The notes: generated by a model from the sequence alone, not told the origin. A DNA stretch of 64,000 nucleotides from Pirellulales bacterium (GCA_963715045.1 CAVQRC010000016.1:1-64000), one strand, 5' to 3'; numbered from the stretch's first letter, positions 18,601-29,050 are shown. Numbers and translations: made by a program.

Positions 18601-19830
18601 TTAACCGCGGGCGTCGATTCCGAGCGTCGCGATGGGGGGAACCGGCATTTGGGGTGCCTCGTCGCGTTCTTCCGATTCCTCCGCTTCTTCCGCTTCGACC
18701 GAAGGCACGGCGGCAGTTTCCGATCCGAACACAATCTTGTCGTAGAGGATCATGGCCCGTACCGCATGCCCCACCAGACCTTGGTCCCAGTCCCGCTGGC
18801 GATTTTGCCACAACAGATTGGCCAGATATCGGGCCGCGTTCCGCGTGCGGCCGCGGCCAACCTCCTCGGGAGGCAGCGAGAGAATCAGCCATTCGAGCAG
18901 ATGGCCGGTCGTCTTCAGCCGGCGATTGGGATCGGGGTTGCTGCCGCTGCCACGAAACCACTCCGTGCTCAGGCTGCCATCGCGGTTCTGCATACGCAAC
19001 GCGAAGTGCTGGTGTTGTTGCATATACCGTTTCGCTTCGCGGAAGAGATCGTCTTCGGGCAGTCCGAGCTTCTGTCGCTTCAAAACCGCCATACTGATGC
19101 CGGCCAGACGGTGGGTCCCTCCGCAGGCCGCCCCGCGTAAGGGTTGACGGAGTTCCTCGCTCACGAGCCGGGGAATCGTCCAGGTTTCTCCATGGCGGTT
19201 TTGCCACTGGGCATCGGGTTCGAGGTAGTGATTCAGGGCAATCAGCTTGAAGGTCAACTCCGTGCCGCTGTAGCAGCTCAGCTTCTCTTCTTCGATCAAG
19301 TCGGCCACCGTGAATTCGCTGTCACGCACTTGAATCGGATAGTCCGAAAGCAGCCGCGACTGGGCCAGCATCGCGAGAAACTGGCCCGGGTGGCCCTGCA
19401 GACCCGGCCCTTCTACGGCCCGCAAACGGCCGTCCTGCAGGTAGAGCAGCCGCTGATTCTTTGTCGGCCGATTGAAGCACAGCCACCCGATCGCCGTAAT
19501 CGGCACCCCGCGGGGGCCGTCCTGGCGGATCTGCGTCTCGACGCCGTAGGCCACGATCGCGTGCATGACCTCCCAGGGACTGTGATCGCGGGTATTGAGC
19601 AGTTTCTTTTCGTACCACGCGATCACCCGGCGAACTTGGTCACGGAGCTGGTCATCCTGAATTGCAGCCCTTGGGGCAGGTTGCGGGGACGGCCGGCGAT
19701 GTGCGACCGGAACGACGCCGGCTTCGGCATGGACGGGGTCCAGCGCGGCCGCGGGAGAATCGAAGACGGGGGCCAAAGTGCAGGCAAGCAGGAACGGAAC
19801 GATTGAGAACACCTGGGTGGAACGCATCAA
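18601..19830 (-). CDS. secreted hypothetical protein (409 aa)
   Basis: Signal peptide MMRSTQVFSIVPFLLACTLAP. No recognised domain. Confidence 0.45.
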   Translation of the reverse strand: MMRSTQVFSIVPFLLACTLAPVFDSPAAALDPVHAEAGVVPVAHRRPSPQPAPRAAIQDDQLRDQVRRVIAWYEKKLLNTRDHSPWEVMHAIVAYGVETQIRQDGPRGVPITAIGWLCFNRPTKNQRLLYLQDGRLRAVEGPGLQGHPGQFLAMLAQSRLLSDYPIQVRDSEFTVADLIEEEKLSCYSGTELTFKLIALNHYLEPDAQWQNRHGETWTIPRLVSEELRQPLRGAACGGTHRLAGISMAVLKRQKLGLPEDDLFREAKRYMQQHQHFALRMQNRDGSLSTEWFRGSGSNPDPNRRLKTTGHLLEWLILSLPPEEVGRGRTRNAARYLANLLWQNRQRDWDQGLVGHAVRAMILYDKIVFGSETAAVPSVEAEEAEESEERDEAPQMPVPPIATLGIDARG

Positions 19831-20112
19831 GGACTTTCCGATGGCTGGGGAAGCATGCGGGTTGGGGGCTCTGGGGGGGCAGCCAGTGCGGCATCTCTTG
19901 CGGATGGAAGACTTCTCTTAACGGATGCGGATGTTGCCCCGGCAGCGACACCTTCTCGTCATCGGAATCCGGGAATCCGATCCTGCAATCACACCTGGCG
20001 GTCTGCGTGAACTGACAGGCGAGCGGACGGAGCTTCCCCGACAACGGGCAGACTTTGCCAGATTTCGCGGCCGCTGCTGACTGCTTCCGCGGCAAGCGCG
20101 TGGCGGGGGCGG

Positions 20113-20907
20113 TTATCGCGGTGACGTGAGAGACGCCGAAGCTTGCTGGACCGAAGCTCCCGGTGCCAACGCGATGGCGTATTGCCGCCAAGCCGCGACC
20201 TCGTTGCCGAGATTTTCGTCCGACGCCGAACGCATGGCCTGAACCCCCGCGTACTGCAGGGCCGGGTCGCGATCGTCAAGAGCCACTACCAGAGCGGCCA
20301 AGGCAGCGTCTGAACCGATGTCGCCGAGCGCGGCAGCCGCGGCCAGGCGTACATCCAGGTCTTCAGCATCCCGCAAGACACCCGCCAACGGCGGTACGAA
20401 GGCCTCGTTGCGCCTCGTTCCTATGGCACGGCAACACGCGATGCGGACCCGCTCATCGGCGTCTTTGAGACCCGCCAGCAGCACGCGATCCGCCATCGGG
20501 GTACGGAATTCGCTCATGGCCCGGATTACCGCCTCGCGAACGAGCGGATCAGGTTCCGTCTGGATGCGGCGAGCCAGTTCGTGGGTTAGCTGCTGTTGTG
20601 CCAGGTCGTCGGTTCCCGTCGCCTGATCGGCGATGGCGGCGACTTCGGCAATCCGTTTCCCCGGCGTAATGAAGCTTGTTCGATCCCTTTCTGCAAATGG
20701 CCACATCGAGCAACCCGAAGAGGCAACCAGCAGCCAGGCGATCCAGTGGAGGCTGGAGGTTGAGTGAGGCTGGAGTGCAGGCTGGAGGCTGGAGGCTGCA
20801 GGCTGGAGGCTGGAGGCTGGAGGCTGGAGGCTGGAGACTGCAGGCTGGAGGCTGGAGGCTGGAGACTGCAGGCTGGAGGCGGCTGGAGGGGCGGAGCTCA
20901 TCGGCAT
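20113..20907 (-). CDS. HEAT-repeat protein with N-terminal PASSLQ heptapeptide repeats
   Basis: HEAT/PBS-lyase-like repeats (LKDADERVRIACCRAIG, LRDAEDLDVRLAAAAALGDIG, LDDRDPALQYAGVQAM). N-terminus encoded by the 7-bp tandem repeat tract. Confidence 0.65.
   Translation of the reverse strand: MPMSSAPPAASSLQSPASSLQPAVSSLQPPASSLQPAASSLQPALQPHSTSSLHWIAWLLVASSGCSMWPFAERDRTSFITPGKRIAEVAAIADQATGTDDLAQQQLTHELARRIQTEPDPLVREAVIRAMSEFRTPMADRVLLAGLKDADERVRIACCRAIGTRRNEAFVPPLAGVLRDAEDLDVRLAAAAALGDIGSDAALAALVVALDDRDPALQYAGVQAMRSASDENLGNEVAAWRQYAIALAPGASVQQASASLTSPR
20748..20898. repeat. heptanucleotide tandem repeat (GGCTGGA/GGCTGCA)n, ~20 units, inside the 5' coding end of the HEAT gene
   Basis: Read directly from the sequence. 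Confidence 0.85.
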
Positions 20908-20983
20908 TCAATCGGACCCATAAAGAAAGGGTAAGATCACGACGGGGCGGGAGGGTAGCAAAGAGTCGACGGTGACACCAGGG

Positions 20984-21075
20984 AGACTGGAGACTGGAGG
21001 CTGGAGACTGGAGGCTGGAGGCTGGAGACTGGAGGCTGGAGGCTGGAGGGGCGGAGGCTGGAGGGGCGGAGGGGG
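20984..21075. repeat. second heptanucleotide tandem repeat tract (CTGGAGR)n upstream of the HEAT gene
   Basis: Read directly from the sequence. Confidence 0.85.
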
Positions 21076-21150
21076 CCTACCGTGCAGGCGAATGGGACGT
21101 ACGTTATGATTCGAGCGGCCATTTTGACCTGATCAGCAAGGACCCAGCGG

Positions 21151-21660
21151 ATGCCTGACCCTCTCGAGCACGCGGAGAACCGCGGTTGGATTGAAAGCAT
21201 CCTCCAGTACATTCCCGGCTTCGGCGGCTACCTCCGCCTCGAGAACCGCCGCGAGGCGGACGAACTGCAGCGAGAGTGGCTTGCAGATCGACTCCAGCGA
21301 AGCAAACGGGGTCTTGACGATTACGCGTTGGCCCTCACGAACGCCGGCCAACTCGCAGCCCTGGCCGATGTCGAACGCCTTCGGGTCAAGCTCGACACGC
21401 TGATCGCCCGGATTCGCGGCGCGATGCAGGGATACAGTGGCTTCTTCGATCTGGTGACCGTGGACGAAGCTGCGCTCGACCGTGTTTACGAGCATGAGGT
21501 CAAGCTGATGGAGCAGATCGATGAACTTGCCAGCGGCGTAGGATCTCTGGGGACCGGTGACGCGGCCGCCGACACGGCCATCGCCGCACTTTTCGCCAAG
21601 GTTGCGAACATCGATTCTGCTTGGGACCAGCGCGAAGACATGCTCAAAGGGCTGCATTGA
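21151..21660 (+). CDS. hypothetical protein (169 aa)
   Basis: ORF upstream of, and co-directional with, the SPFH gene. Confidence 0.35.
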   Translation: MPDPLEHAENRGWIESILQYIPGFGGYLRLENRREADELQREWLADRLQRSKRGLDDYALALTNAGQLAALADVERLRVKLDTLIARIRGAMQGYSGFFDLVTVDEAALDRVYEHEVKLMEQIDELASGVGSLGTGDAAADTAIAALFAKVANIDSAWDQREDMLKGLH

Positions 21661-21799
21661 ATTGCGGGGCCGCGGGACCGGGAACTTCCCCCGCCGGTGA
21701 TGCGGTCGGTAGGCACCAGGAACCGCGGACCACGCCGCCGCGACGCCCTGAGATGACCTCAGGGATCGCATTCGATAATGACTTTATCTGGAGACACCG

Positions 21800-23176
21800 A
21801 TGGCCGTTCGACTCGAAGTGATTCAGTTCTTCGACAACTCCAATCGCTCGATCGTGCAGCGTGTCCCTGCAGAGGGCTCGGCCGATATCAAGATGGGCGC
21901 CCAGTTGATCGTGCAGGAAAACCAGGAAGCGGTGTTCTTTCGTGACGGGAAAGCGCTCGACGCGCTCGGCCCGGGACGGCACACCCTGACCACGGCCAAC
22001 ATTCCGCTGATCACACGGATTCTGACGATCCCCTGGGAAAAGTCGCCGTTTCAATGCCAGGTCTATTTCATCGGCAAGCAGACGTTTCTCGACCAGAAGT
22101 GGGGAACCCGCCAACCGATCGCTTTCAGGGACACGGACTTCGGCGTGGTTCGGCTCCGAAGCTTCGGCAAGTTCTCCTTCCGGGTCGTCGACTCGGCGGT
22201 CCTGATCAATACGCTGGTCGGAACACAGGGGAACTACACGACCGACGAAGTGACCTCGTTCTTGAAGGACCTGATCGTGGCCCGCATGACCGACTTGCTC
22301 GGCACGGCGGGATTCGGACTGCTCGATCTGCCGGCGATGTATGACGAAGTCGCAGGCGGAGTCCGTGCCAGAGCAAGTGCCGAATTCGGCAAGTACGGTC
22401 TTGAACTGGTCGACTTCTTTATCAATGCCATTACTCCACCGGAGGAAGTTCAAAAGGCGATTGACGCCCGCAGCGCGATGGGTGCGGTAGGCGATCTCAA
22501 CGCGTTCATGAAGTTCCAGGCGGCGAACAGCATGGCCAAAATGGCCGAGCAGGGCGGCGGGACGGGCGGTGCCAACGCGATGGGGATGGGCATGGGGGCC
22601 GGGTTCGGAATGATGATGCCCGGAATGCTGCAGCAGGCGATCCACCAGGCCGGTGCGACACCGGTCGCGGCACCGCCGCCGCCCCCCGGCAACACGGCTG
22701 CCGCGGGAGGCGTTGCCGCGGCGGCCGGCGGCGGTTTTTTGTTCGATGACCTCGCCACTGTTCCTGCGACGACCGATCCCGAGGGCATGGTTCGCAACGT
22801 GATCCAGGCCGCCGGTTACGGGGTCGAGCAACAAGGTGAGTCGCTGGTGGTTTCGATTCCGATCGGATCGCTTCGCAAGCAGAAGGTCATCGTCACTTTT
22901 GGACATCGGGACGATGGTGGGCAGGATGTCATTCGCTTTTTATCGCGATGCGGTCCTGCGCGGCCGGAGATCGCCATGAAACTGCTCGCACACAACGCAC
23001 GACTCATCCACGGTGCGTTCGCCATTGAAAGCACTGACAGTGGCCAGATGGTGGTACTGACCGCCAATCAACTGGCCGAGACGGCTGATCCGCTCGAGAT
23101 CAGCAAACTGCTTACCGCAATTGCCTGGCAGGCGGACCAGGTAGAAGAGAAACTCAGCGGCAGCGACATCCACTGA
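21800..23176 (+). CDS. SPFH/Band-7 domain protein with Gly/Met-rich linker and YbjN-like C-terminal domain
   Basis: N-terminal region resembles COG4260-type SPFH proteins. Low-complexity [24 protein letters not shown] linker. Confidence 0.6.
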   Translation: MAVRLEVIQFFDNSNRSIVQRVPAEGSADIKMGAQLIVQENQEAVFFRDGKALDALGPGRHTLTTANIPLITRILTIPWEKSPFQCQVYFIGKQTFLDQKWGTRQPIAFRDTDFGVVRLRSFGKFSFRVVDSAVLINTLVGTQGNYTTDEVTSFLKDLIVARMTDLLGTAGFGLLDLPAMYDEVAGGVRARASAEFGKYGLELVDFFINAITPPEEVQKAIDARSAMGAVGDLNAFMKFQAANSMAKMAEQGGGTGGANAMGMGMGAGFGMMMPGMLQQAIHQAGATPVAAPPPPPGNTAAAGGVAAAAGGGFLFDDLATVPATTDPEGMVRNVIQAAGYGVEQQGESLVVSIPIGSLRKQKVIVTFGHRDDGGQDVIRFLSRCGPARPEIAMKLLAHNARLIHGAFAIESTDSGQMVVLTANQLAETADPLEISKLLTAIAWQADQVEEKLSGSDIH

Positions 23177-23177
23177 G

Positions 23178-23567
23178 CTATTCGTGCTTGAGGAATTCAC
23201 CACACTGGGGGCACTTCGCAAACCACATGGGCGCTCTGGCACCACACTTGTGACACATCGTGTTGTGTTGGATTAACGATCCGCTGAGAATGCTGCCACT
23301 GCTTTCCGCGGATTGGTTCACCGAGAATGGCTCGTCGAACACGTGACTGGAACCCGGATCAAGCCCCGATTCCATCGAAGAGGTGGCCTTGAGCTTCGGA
23401 TGCTCATGCTCGATGACCTGATCGACGCCGTGTTGGCTGGCGGACATCAGGTCGGGGACCTGGATGTACGTCTTATCGGTGCAATGCGGGCACAACCCTC
23501 TCTTACCCGCGTACTTGTCCTTGACCTTGAAACGGTGTCCCTTGGGGCACACGACGCGGATACCCAT
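23178..23567 (-). CDS. zinc-ribbon domain protein
   Basis: Two CxxC pairs at each end (CPKGHRF...CPHC; CHKCG...CPQCG). Confidence 0.5.
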   Translation of the reverse strand: MGIRVVCPKGHRFKVKDKYAGKRGLCPHCTDKTYIQVPDLMSASQHGVDQVIEHEHPKLKATSSMESGLDPGSSHVFDEPFSVNQSAESSGSILSGSLIQHNTMCHKCGARAPMWFAKCPQCGEFLKHE

Positions 23568-23838
23568 GATCAACCCTCCGATTCGGGTTACACCCGTTGG
23601 CAAAAGTCACTCAATAAGCGATCGCACTTCCAGGCCGTTCAGATTCCGGCTCCGTCAGAGTCTCCGCCAAACGACAGGTGAGTGGGTCAACAAGGGAAAT
23701 AGATATCCAAGGTCAGCTAAGAAAACGCCCGATTGATACAACACGCCTAGAAGCCCAGGGCACCATTCAGTGGATCTATTTCCCGATCGATCGTAGCAGA
23801 TAACATAAAGCGGCTCAATTTCTTTCTGAGGCTCGCCC

Positions 23839-25764
23839 ATGTCCCGCCGACTGATCCGCTGCCTGCTCGTCACGGCTGCCGCCGCGGCGTTGAATTGCGC
23901 GGTTCGGCAAACAGGGGGAGCCGAGCCGCAATCGATTCCAGGGGCGCCGTTCTCGGCAACAGGCAACGTGGCTGCGGTCGGCAAGGACTGGCTGTTGGTA
24001 AACACGACGGCTGGTTCCGAGGTGCGTTTGAAGTTTCCGCCGGATCCGGACGCGTCGGGCGAGTCGACCGTGGAGATCAACCGGAAATATCGTTTTCGCA
24101 CGACCGCTCCGGAAATCGCCGTGCGGGGGGCGCTTGATGTTTCCTACCTTGCAGAAGGCAGATCCGTGGTTGTCGAGGGAGAACTGTCGCGACTGGGACG
24201 CCTCCAGGACGCGATTGCCCTGGTCGAGGTAATCGACGCCCGCTCGCGTCCCCCGGGCATTGCTCTTGCCGACGCAGGCAGAACGTCCACCGCCGCGACG
24301 GAGCAAGCGACGATCGTGGCCACGATCCAGAAGATCAAAGGCAAGCGGCTCTTTCTGAGCGTTCCCGCTGGTCCCGGGGCTCCCAAGGGAACCGTCATCG
24401 GCACGCTCGCGGCCGATGCCGAAGTACGTGTTTCCTCGCGCCGCTGGACCACTGCCCGCCGCGGCGACGAGATTCATGCCGAGGGCCTCCAGTTCGATGG
24501 CGAGGACGTCCTCGTCCAGCGGTGCACGATCACGCTCGCAGGTTCGGCCGGCGGCGGCCCGAGCCGCGAGAGTCCACGCAGCAGTCGTGACCTCGAAGCC
24601 GCGAAACGCTACGCGGGTCTGTCGTCCGCACCTGGCCAGCCGCGGATGCTCCGCTCCAGGAACTTTCTGCTGCACACGGATCTGTCCGAGCGGAACGCGG
24701 CCCAGTTGCTTGAAAAGCTCGAGACGATGCACGGCCTGATCGTGTCCTACTTCGGTCGCCGACAGACAGGGCTGATCGAATGCTACGTCGTGCGCGACAT
24801 CAGCCAGTGGCCCGCAGATACGTTTCCGCCGGCAGCGGTTGCCAAGATCCAGGAACCTGCCGGTGTCACGATCTCGGCGCCCACGGTCGTCGGAAAGCGA
24901 CCCGGCCTGCGGACCATCGCATACGCCTGCGCTGACGATGGCGTCGCACAGCACGAGGCCGTGCACGCGTTCTGCCGACAGACCTTCGGTGATGTGGGGC
25001 CATCTTGGTATGCCGAGGGGATGGCCGAATTGGGTCAGTACTTCAAGCACGGACAGCGGGCCGTCGATGTCCGACCGGCCGTGATCGACTATCTCACATC
25101 GAATGAGCCCAAAGCGTTACTTGACATTGTCAATCCGCGGGAGCCTCCCGGCAGGTGGCAGGATTACGCCTGGCGATGGGCCCTCTGTCACCTGCTGGAA
25201 AGCAATCCCAACTACGCGGGGCCGTTCAAACAACTCGGGATCGGTTTGATGGAAAACACGGGAGCAAGCTTCGAGGCCACCTACGGCGAGGTGGCGAAGG
25301 AAATCGCTTTCGAATACGAATTTTTCCTGCGTCACCTGGGCAACGGTTATCGGGCGGATCTGGCAGCCTGGGACTGGAAGGCTCGGTTTCGGCCGCTCGC
25401 CGCGGGTAATCGGCGAAATGTCAAGGTGCGTGCCGATCGCGGGTGGCAGCCGTCCTCGATCGAGGTCGTCGTGGGTCAGCAGTACGCGGTAACCGTTGCG
25501 GGCGAATGGTGCACCTTGGAAGGAGGGGCCGAAGTGACCGCTGACGGCGACGCGACGGGTCGAGGACGGTTGCTCGGCGCAGTGCTGTGTTCAGACGGCA
25601 CGTCTTATCGACTCGGAGCGGCCTTCGAATTGGGTGCTGCAACTGAATTCACAGCGGTCGAATCGGGCCCGCTTTATTTTCGCTGCCGCGACGAGTTCAC
25701 GGAACTGGCCGACAACCGGGGAAGCGTGAGCGTGACCGTATCTCTTGCGGAACGCGGGCCGTGA
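23839..25764 (+). CDS. secreted DUF1570-like protein with HExxH motif (putative metallopeptidase-like)
   Basis: Signal peptide MSRRLIRCLLVTAAAAAL. HEAVHAF...WYAEGMAELGQYF parallels the downstream paralogue. Confidence 0.5.
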   Translation: MSRRLIRCLLVTAAAAALNCAVRQTGGAEPQSIPGAPFSATGNVAAVGKDWLLVNTTAGSEVRLKFPPDPDASGESTVEINRKYRFRTTAPEIAVRGALDVSYLAEGRSVVVEGELSRLGRLQDAIALVEVIDARSRPPGIALADAGRTSTAATEQATIVATIQKIKGKRLFLSVPAGPGAPKGTVIGTLAADAEVRVSSRRWTTARRGDEIHAEGLQFDGEDVLVQRCTITLAGSAGGGPSRESPRSSRDLEAAKRYAGLSSAPGQPRMLRSRNFLLHTDLSERNAAQLLEKLETMHGLIVSYFGRRQTGLIECYVVRDISQWPADTFPPAAVAKIQEPAGVTISAPTVVGKRPGLRTIAYACADDGVAQHEAVHAFCRQTFGDVGPSWYAEGMAELGQYFKHGQRAVDVRPAVIDYLTSNEPKALLDIVNPREPPGRWQDYAWRWALCHLLESNPNYAGPFKQLGIGLMENTGASFEATYGEVAKEIAFEYEFFLRHLGNGYRADLAAWDWKARFRPLAAGNRRNVKVRADRGWQPSSIEVVVGQQYAVTVAGEWCTLEGGAEVTADGDATGRGRLLGAVLCSDGTSYRLGAAFELGAATEFTAVESGPLYFRCRDEFTELADNRGSVSVTVSLAERGP

Positions 25765-27398
25765 GCATCGATCAGGCACCCGCGGAGGGGGTGTGGGCAC
25801 GACGGGTCTTGACGCTCGTGTTGATCGCCACGGCGTTGGTCTTGTGGCGGGCTACCGACGAGCGAACTCGAAATCTGTTGGCAACCAGCGGCAAGCTCGT
25901 GGCCGCGACCGTGACGCTGAGCGTTCCCTGGGGAACCGCATTGGCCCTCTTGATCATGCGGATCCGTGTGGCAGGCCGGTGGGCGATCGCGATTGGCCTG
26001 ACTGGATTGTTGTTCGTCCCGCTCTTTGTCGTGGCCACCGCTTGGGAGGCCGGATTTGGGATCGAAGGCTGGATCGGCTGGCAGCCCGATGGCGTGTGGG
26101 CGAGAAAAGTCTGGCTCTTATGGTCGGCCGCCTGGGTCCAGGCAAGCGGAGCGGTGCCGTGGGTCGCCGCGATTGTGGCCGCCGGACTGGCCGCGGTCGA
26201 AAGCGAGCTCGAAGAAGACGCCCTCCTGCACACAGGCGTGTTGCGCGTGCTGCTGCACGTCACCTTACCGAGAGCGGCCCCGGCAATTGCCCTGGCCGCG
26301 GTGTTCGTCACGTTCACCTCCTTCGGGCAGATTGCCGTGACCGACCTGTTCCAGATCCGGACATTCGCGGAGGAAGTCTACGTCCAGGCAACCGGAGGCC
26401 CCTTGTTGCAGCAGCTCGAACTGCCCTGGGATTCCGCCGCACCGGGTGAGCAGACGAGTCTGTTCACCGGGACGTTGGTCGCCATCGCACTCTCGGGTCT
26501 CGCCTTGGTGTTCATTCTCGGATTTCGCGACCGGATGCAAAGGCTCTCGCTGGGAAGTCGCCCGCTGAAAATGGGTCGGCGGCGGTGGATTGGTTCGGTG
26601 ATGGCCTGGCTGGCCCTGCTGTTGCTGCTGGCTCCGCCTGTCCTGCATCTGGCAATCAAGGCGGGAAGCGTACTGCGGCCGACCGCGGAGGGTGTCTTCC
26701 GTGAGTGGTCGCTGACGAGAATGCTGGCGGTCGTCGCGTCGAGCCCCATCGAATTCTCGCGGGAACTGCGGGCAACGGCCGTCACGGCCGCTGCAGCGGC
26801 GACGGCGGCGGTCTCCCTCGCGGTGGCCTGGGGGTGGCTGGCCCGCACCCAAAGGTGGGCGGCAGCCGCGGCATGGGGGACGGCCGCGGTGGCCTGGGGT
26901 GTCCCCGGTCCGCTCCTGGGCGTCGTCGTCGCGACACTCTTCAACCAGCCGGCTGACTCCGCAATCGGACTGCTTCATCCGCTCTACCCGATCGCGACCG
27001 GGCTGGTGCAGACTGTTCGCGGCTTCCCGATTGCGATCTTGATTCTGATTCCCGCATTGGCCAGCGTGCCCCAGGCAGCACTCGACACGGCCGCCCTCGA
27101 TGGGGCGTCGCGCCCGGCCCGGCTGCTACGCGTGGCCCTGCCACTCCGCCGGATTCCCATCGGGGCCGCGTGGTTGCTGTGCTTCGCCGTGGCCGCCGGG
27201 GAATTGTCGGCCACGATCCTCGTCTACGCCCCGGGCACCACCGTGCTATCGGTGCGGATGCTGAACCTGGCCCATTACGGCGTTGACGATCGTCTCGCGG
27301 GAATCGCGTTGTTCCTGTACGCTGCCGCCGCCGCGGTCGCGGCCTTGTTGTTGCTGTGGCATAGAATTGAGCGTACCCGTTTTCATTCCGACCTTTGA
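25761..27398 (+). CDS. ABC transporter permease, two-domain (FbpB/ThiP-like iron(III)/thiamine type)
   Basis: ~12 TM segments. Two EAA-like loops (..ALDTAALDGASRPARLLRVALPL..). Start overlaps the upstream stop (ATGA). Confidence 0.7.
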   Translation: MSIDQAPAEGVWARRVLTLVLIATALVLWRATDERTRNLLATSGKLVAATVTLSVPWGTALALLIMRIRVAGRWAIAIGLTGLLFVPLFVVATAWEAGFGIEGWIGWQPDGVWARKVWLLWSAAWVQASGAVPWVAAIVAAGLAAVESELEEDALLHTGVLRVLLHVTLPRAAPAIALAAVFVTFTSFGQIAVTDLFQIRTFAEEVYVQATGGPLLQQLELPWDSAAPGEQTSLFTGTLVAIALSGLALVFILGFRDRMQRLSLGSRPLKMGRRRWIGSVMAWLALLLLLAPPVLHLAIKAGSVLRPTAEGVFREWSLTRMLAVVASSPIEFSRELRATAVTAAAAATAAVSLAVAWGWLARTQRWAAAAAWGTAAVAWGVPGPLLGVVVATLFNQPADSAIGLLHPLYPIATGLVQTVRGFPIAILILIPALASVPQAALDTAALDGASRPARLLRVALPLRRIPIGAAWLLCFAVAAGELSATILVYAPGTTVLSVRMLNLAHYGVDDRLAGIALFLYAAAAAVAALLLLWHRIERTRFHSDL

Positions 27399-27408
27399 CT
27401 TTAAGGCC

Positions 27409-28551
27409 ATGGTCCACCGCTGCCTGATTCTGTGCTTTTTCTTGTCTGCCGGGACGGGGACCCGCGTGTCGGGAGTCGAGCACGTCGAGTACGCCGATGG
27501 CGGGCGGCGGGTCGTGTCGGGCCGCGTCTTGCAGCGTACGGACGAGGGCGGGCTGCTGTTGCAGACACGAACGGGGGCGCTGCGGACAATTGGTCCGGAG
27601 CAGATCAGCCAGATCACTCATGACGACGAACCGTTTTTGCCGTTCGATTCGGACGACTTGTCGGAGGCGTTACTGGCCGAACTCGATGACGATTTCGACA
27701 CCCACGTTACCGCGCACTATGTGATCTGTTTCGACACATCGCGGGCCTACGCCGAATGGTGCGGGGCCCTGCTGGAGCGTCTGCATCGGGCGTTCACCAA
27801 CTATTGGTCGCGGCGATCGGTCGACGTCGTCGAGCCGGTTTTCCCGCTGCCTGTGATCGTGTATGCGTCGGCTGACGAATACCGCCAGCACGCGGAAGCG
27901 GAACTCGGCCAAGGGGTCGCGTCGGTCATCGCCTACTACAGTTTCGCCACCAACCGGATCGTGATGTACGACCTGACGGGTTCCGAAGCGGTACGAGCCA
28001 GCCGCGGGACTCGCAGCACCTCCAGAGACATCAACCGGATGTTGTCTGGACCGTCGGCGGGACCGCTCGTGGCCACGATCGTCCACGAGGCCACGCACCA
28101 GATTGCATTCAACTGCGGCCTGCAAACGCGATACGCCGACGCCCCGCTATGGCTGAGCGAAGGACTGGCGGTGTATTTCGAAACCCCGGATCTGCAGAGC
28201 ACGCGAGGTTGGCGGGGTATCGGCAATGTCAACCGCCCTCGACTGGACACGTTTCGCCGAAACCTCCCCCGCCGCCAAGAGGGGACCCTCGGGCAGATCG
28301 TGGCTGACGATCAACCATTTCGCAATTCCCGCACCGGTATCGACAGTTATGCCGAGGCCTGGGCCATGAATTACTTCCTGATTCGCAAGTACCCCGATCG
28401 GTACGTCGCGTACGTGAAGATGCTGGCGGAGAAACCGCTCCTGTTGAGGGACTCTGCGGAACAGAGAATCGCCGATTTCCGCGAACACTTCGGCCAGGAC
28501 CTGAAGCTGCTGGAACAAGAGTTCCTTCGTTACATGCAGCGGGTGAGGTGA
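27409..28551 (+). CDS. DUF1570 family protein (HExxH, secreted)
   Basis: Signal peptide MVHRCLILCFFLSAG. HEATHQIAFNCG...PLWLSEGLAVYFE. Confidence 0.55.
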   Translation: MVHRCLILCFFLSAGTGTRVSGVEHVEYADGGRRVVSGRVLQRTDEGGLLLQTRTGALRTIGPEQISQITHDDEPFLPFDSDDLSEALLAELDDDFDTHVTAHYVICFDTSRAYAEWCGALLERLHRAFTNYWSRRSVDVVEPVFPLPVIVYASADEYRQHAEAELGQGVASVIAYYSFATNRIVMYDLTGSEAVRASRGTRSTSRDINRMLSGPSAGPLVATIVHEATHQIAFNCGLQTRYADAPLWLSEGLAVYFETPDLQSTRGWRGIGNVNRPRLDTFRRNLPRRQEGTLGQIVADDQPFRNSRTGIDSYAEAWAMNYFLIRKYPDRYVAYVKMLAEKPLLLRDSAEQRIADFREHFGQDLKLLEQEFLRYMQRVR

Positions 28552-28554
28552 GCT

Positions 28555-28660
28555 GATGGGCTCATAAGCTCATGGGTCGATGGGTTCATAGGTTCATGGG
28601 CTCATAGGCTGATAGTTATTCACGCCCATTTGCCCAGTAGCCTTCGCCCATTTGCCCATT
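28555..28660. repeat. clustered ATGGGC-type direct repeats followed by their reverse complements (GCCCAT)n; hairpin-forming
   Basis: Read directly from the sequence. Lies between convergent genes. Confidence 0.6.
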
Positions 28661-28663
28661 CAC

Positions 28664-28972
28664 CTATTCGAGCAGGCCGGCGAGTTCGTCGGCGAACCGG
28701 CTCAGATCTCCGGTGTCGAAGAGCACAAACGTTTCGTAGCGTAGTTGGAGGTAGAGACCTCCGGGCGTGGTGGCCAGGGCCAGTTCAATCGGGAGGTATT
28801 CGCCTTCGGGTGCGAGCTTGGTCCAGGCGTTCTCCGACCCTTCGCTCTTGAATACAGCATGGGCTTCATTGGAGACGTGGATGCGGAACCCGGCCTGCTG
28901 GAGCCGCGACTTGGCATCTGAGAAAGAGACCCCCGGTTCGATGAGTCGTTCGACCGTTTTCCAACCCCACAT
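28664..28972 (-). CDS. hypothetical protein (102 aa)
   Basis: Compact ORF between the repeat element and dnaA. Confidence 0.35.
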   Translation of the reverse strand: MWGWKTVERLIEPGVSFSDAKSRLQQAGFRIHVSNEAHAVFKSEGSENAWTKLAPEGEYLPIELALATTPGGLYLQLRYETFVLFDTGDLSRFADELAGLLE

Positions 28973-29050
28973 AGCGTTCGCTCCGCTGTCGAGATTCGTG
29001 GTTACGATACTCCCTGTTCGCGTGCCGGCGGTTGATCTTGGATGGTTTCG

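Noticed and set aside
20740-21080. CRISPR array
   Set aside because: The repeats are 7-bp microsatellite units with no spacers. No cas genes are in the window.
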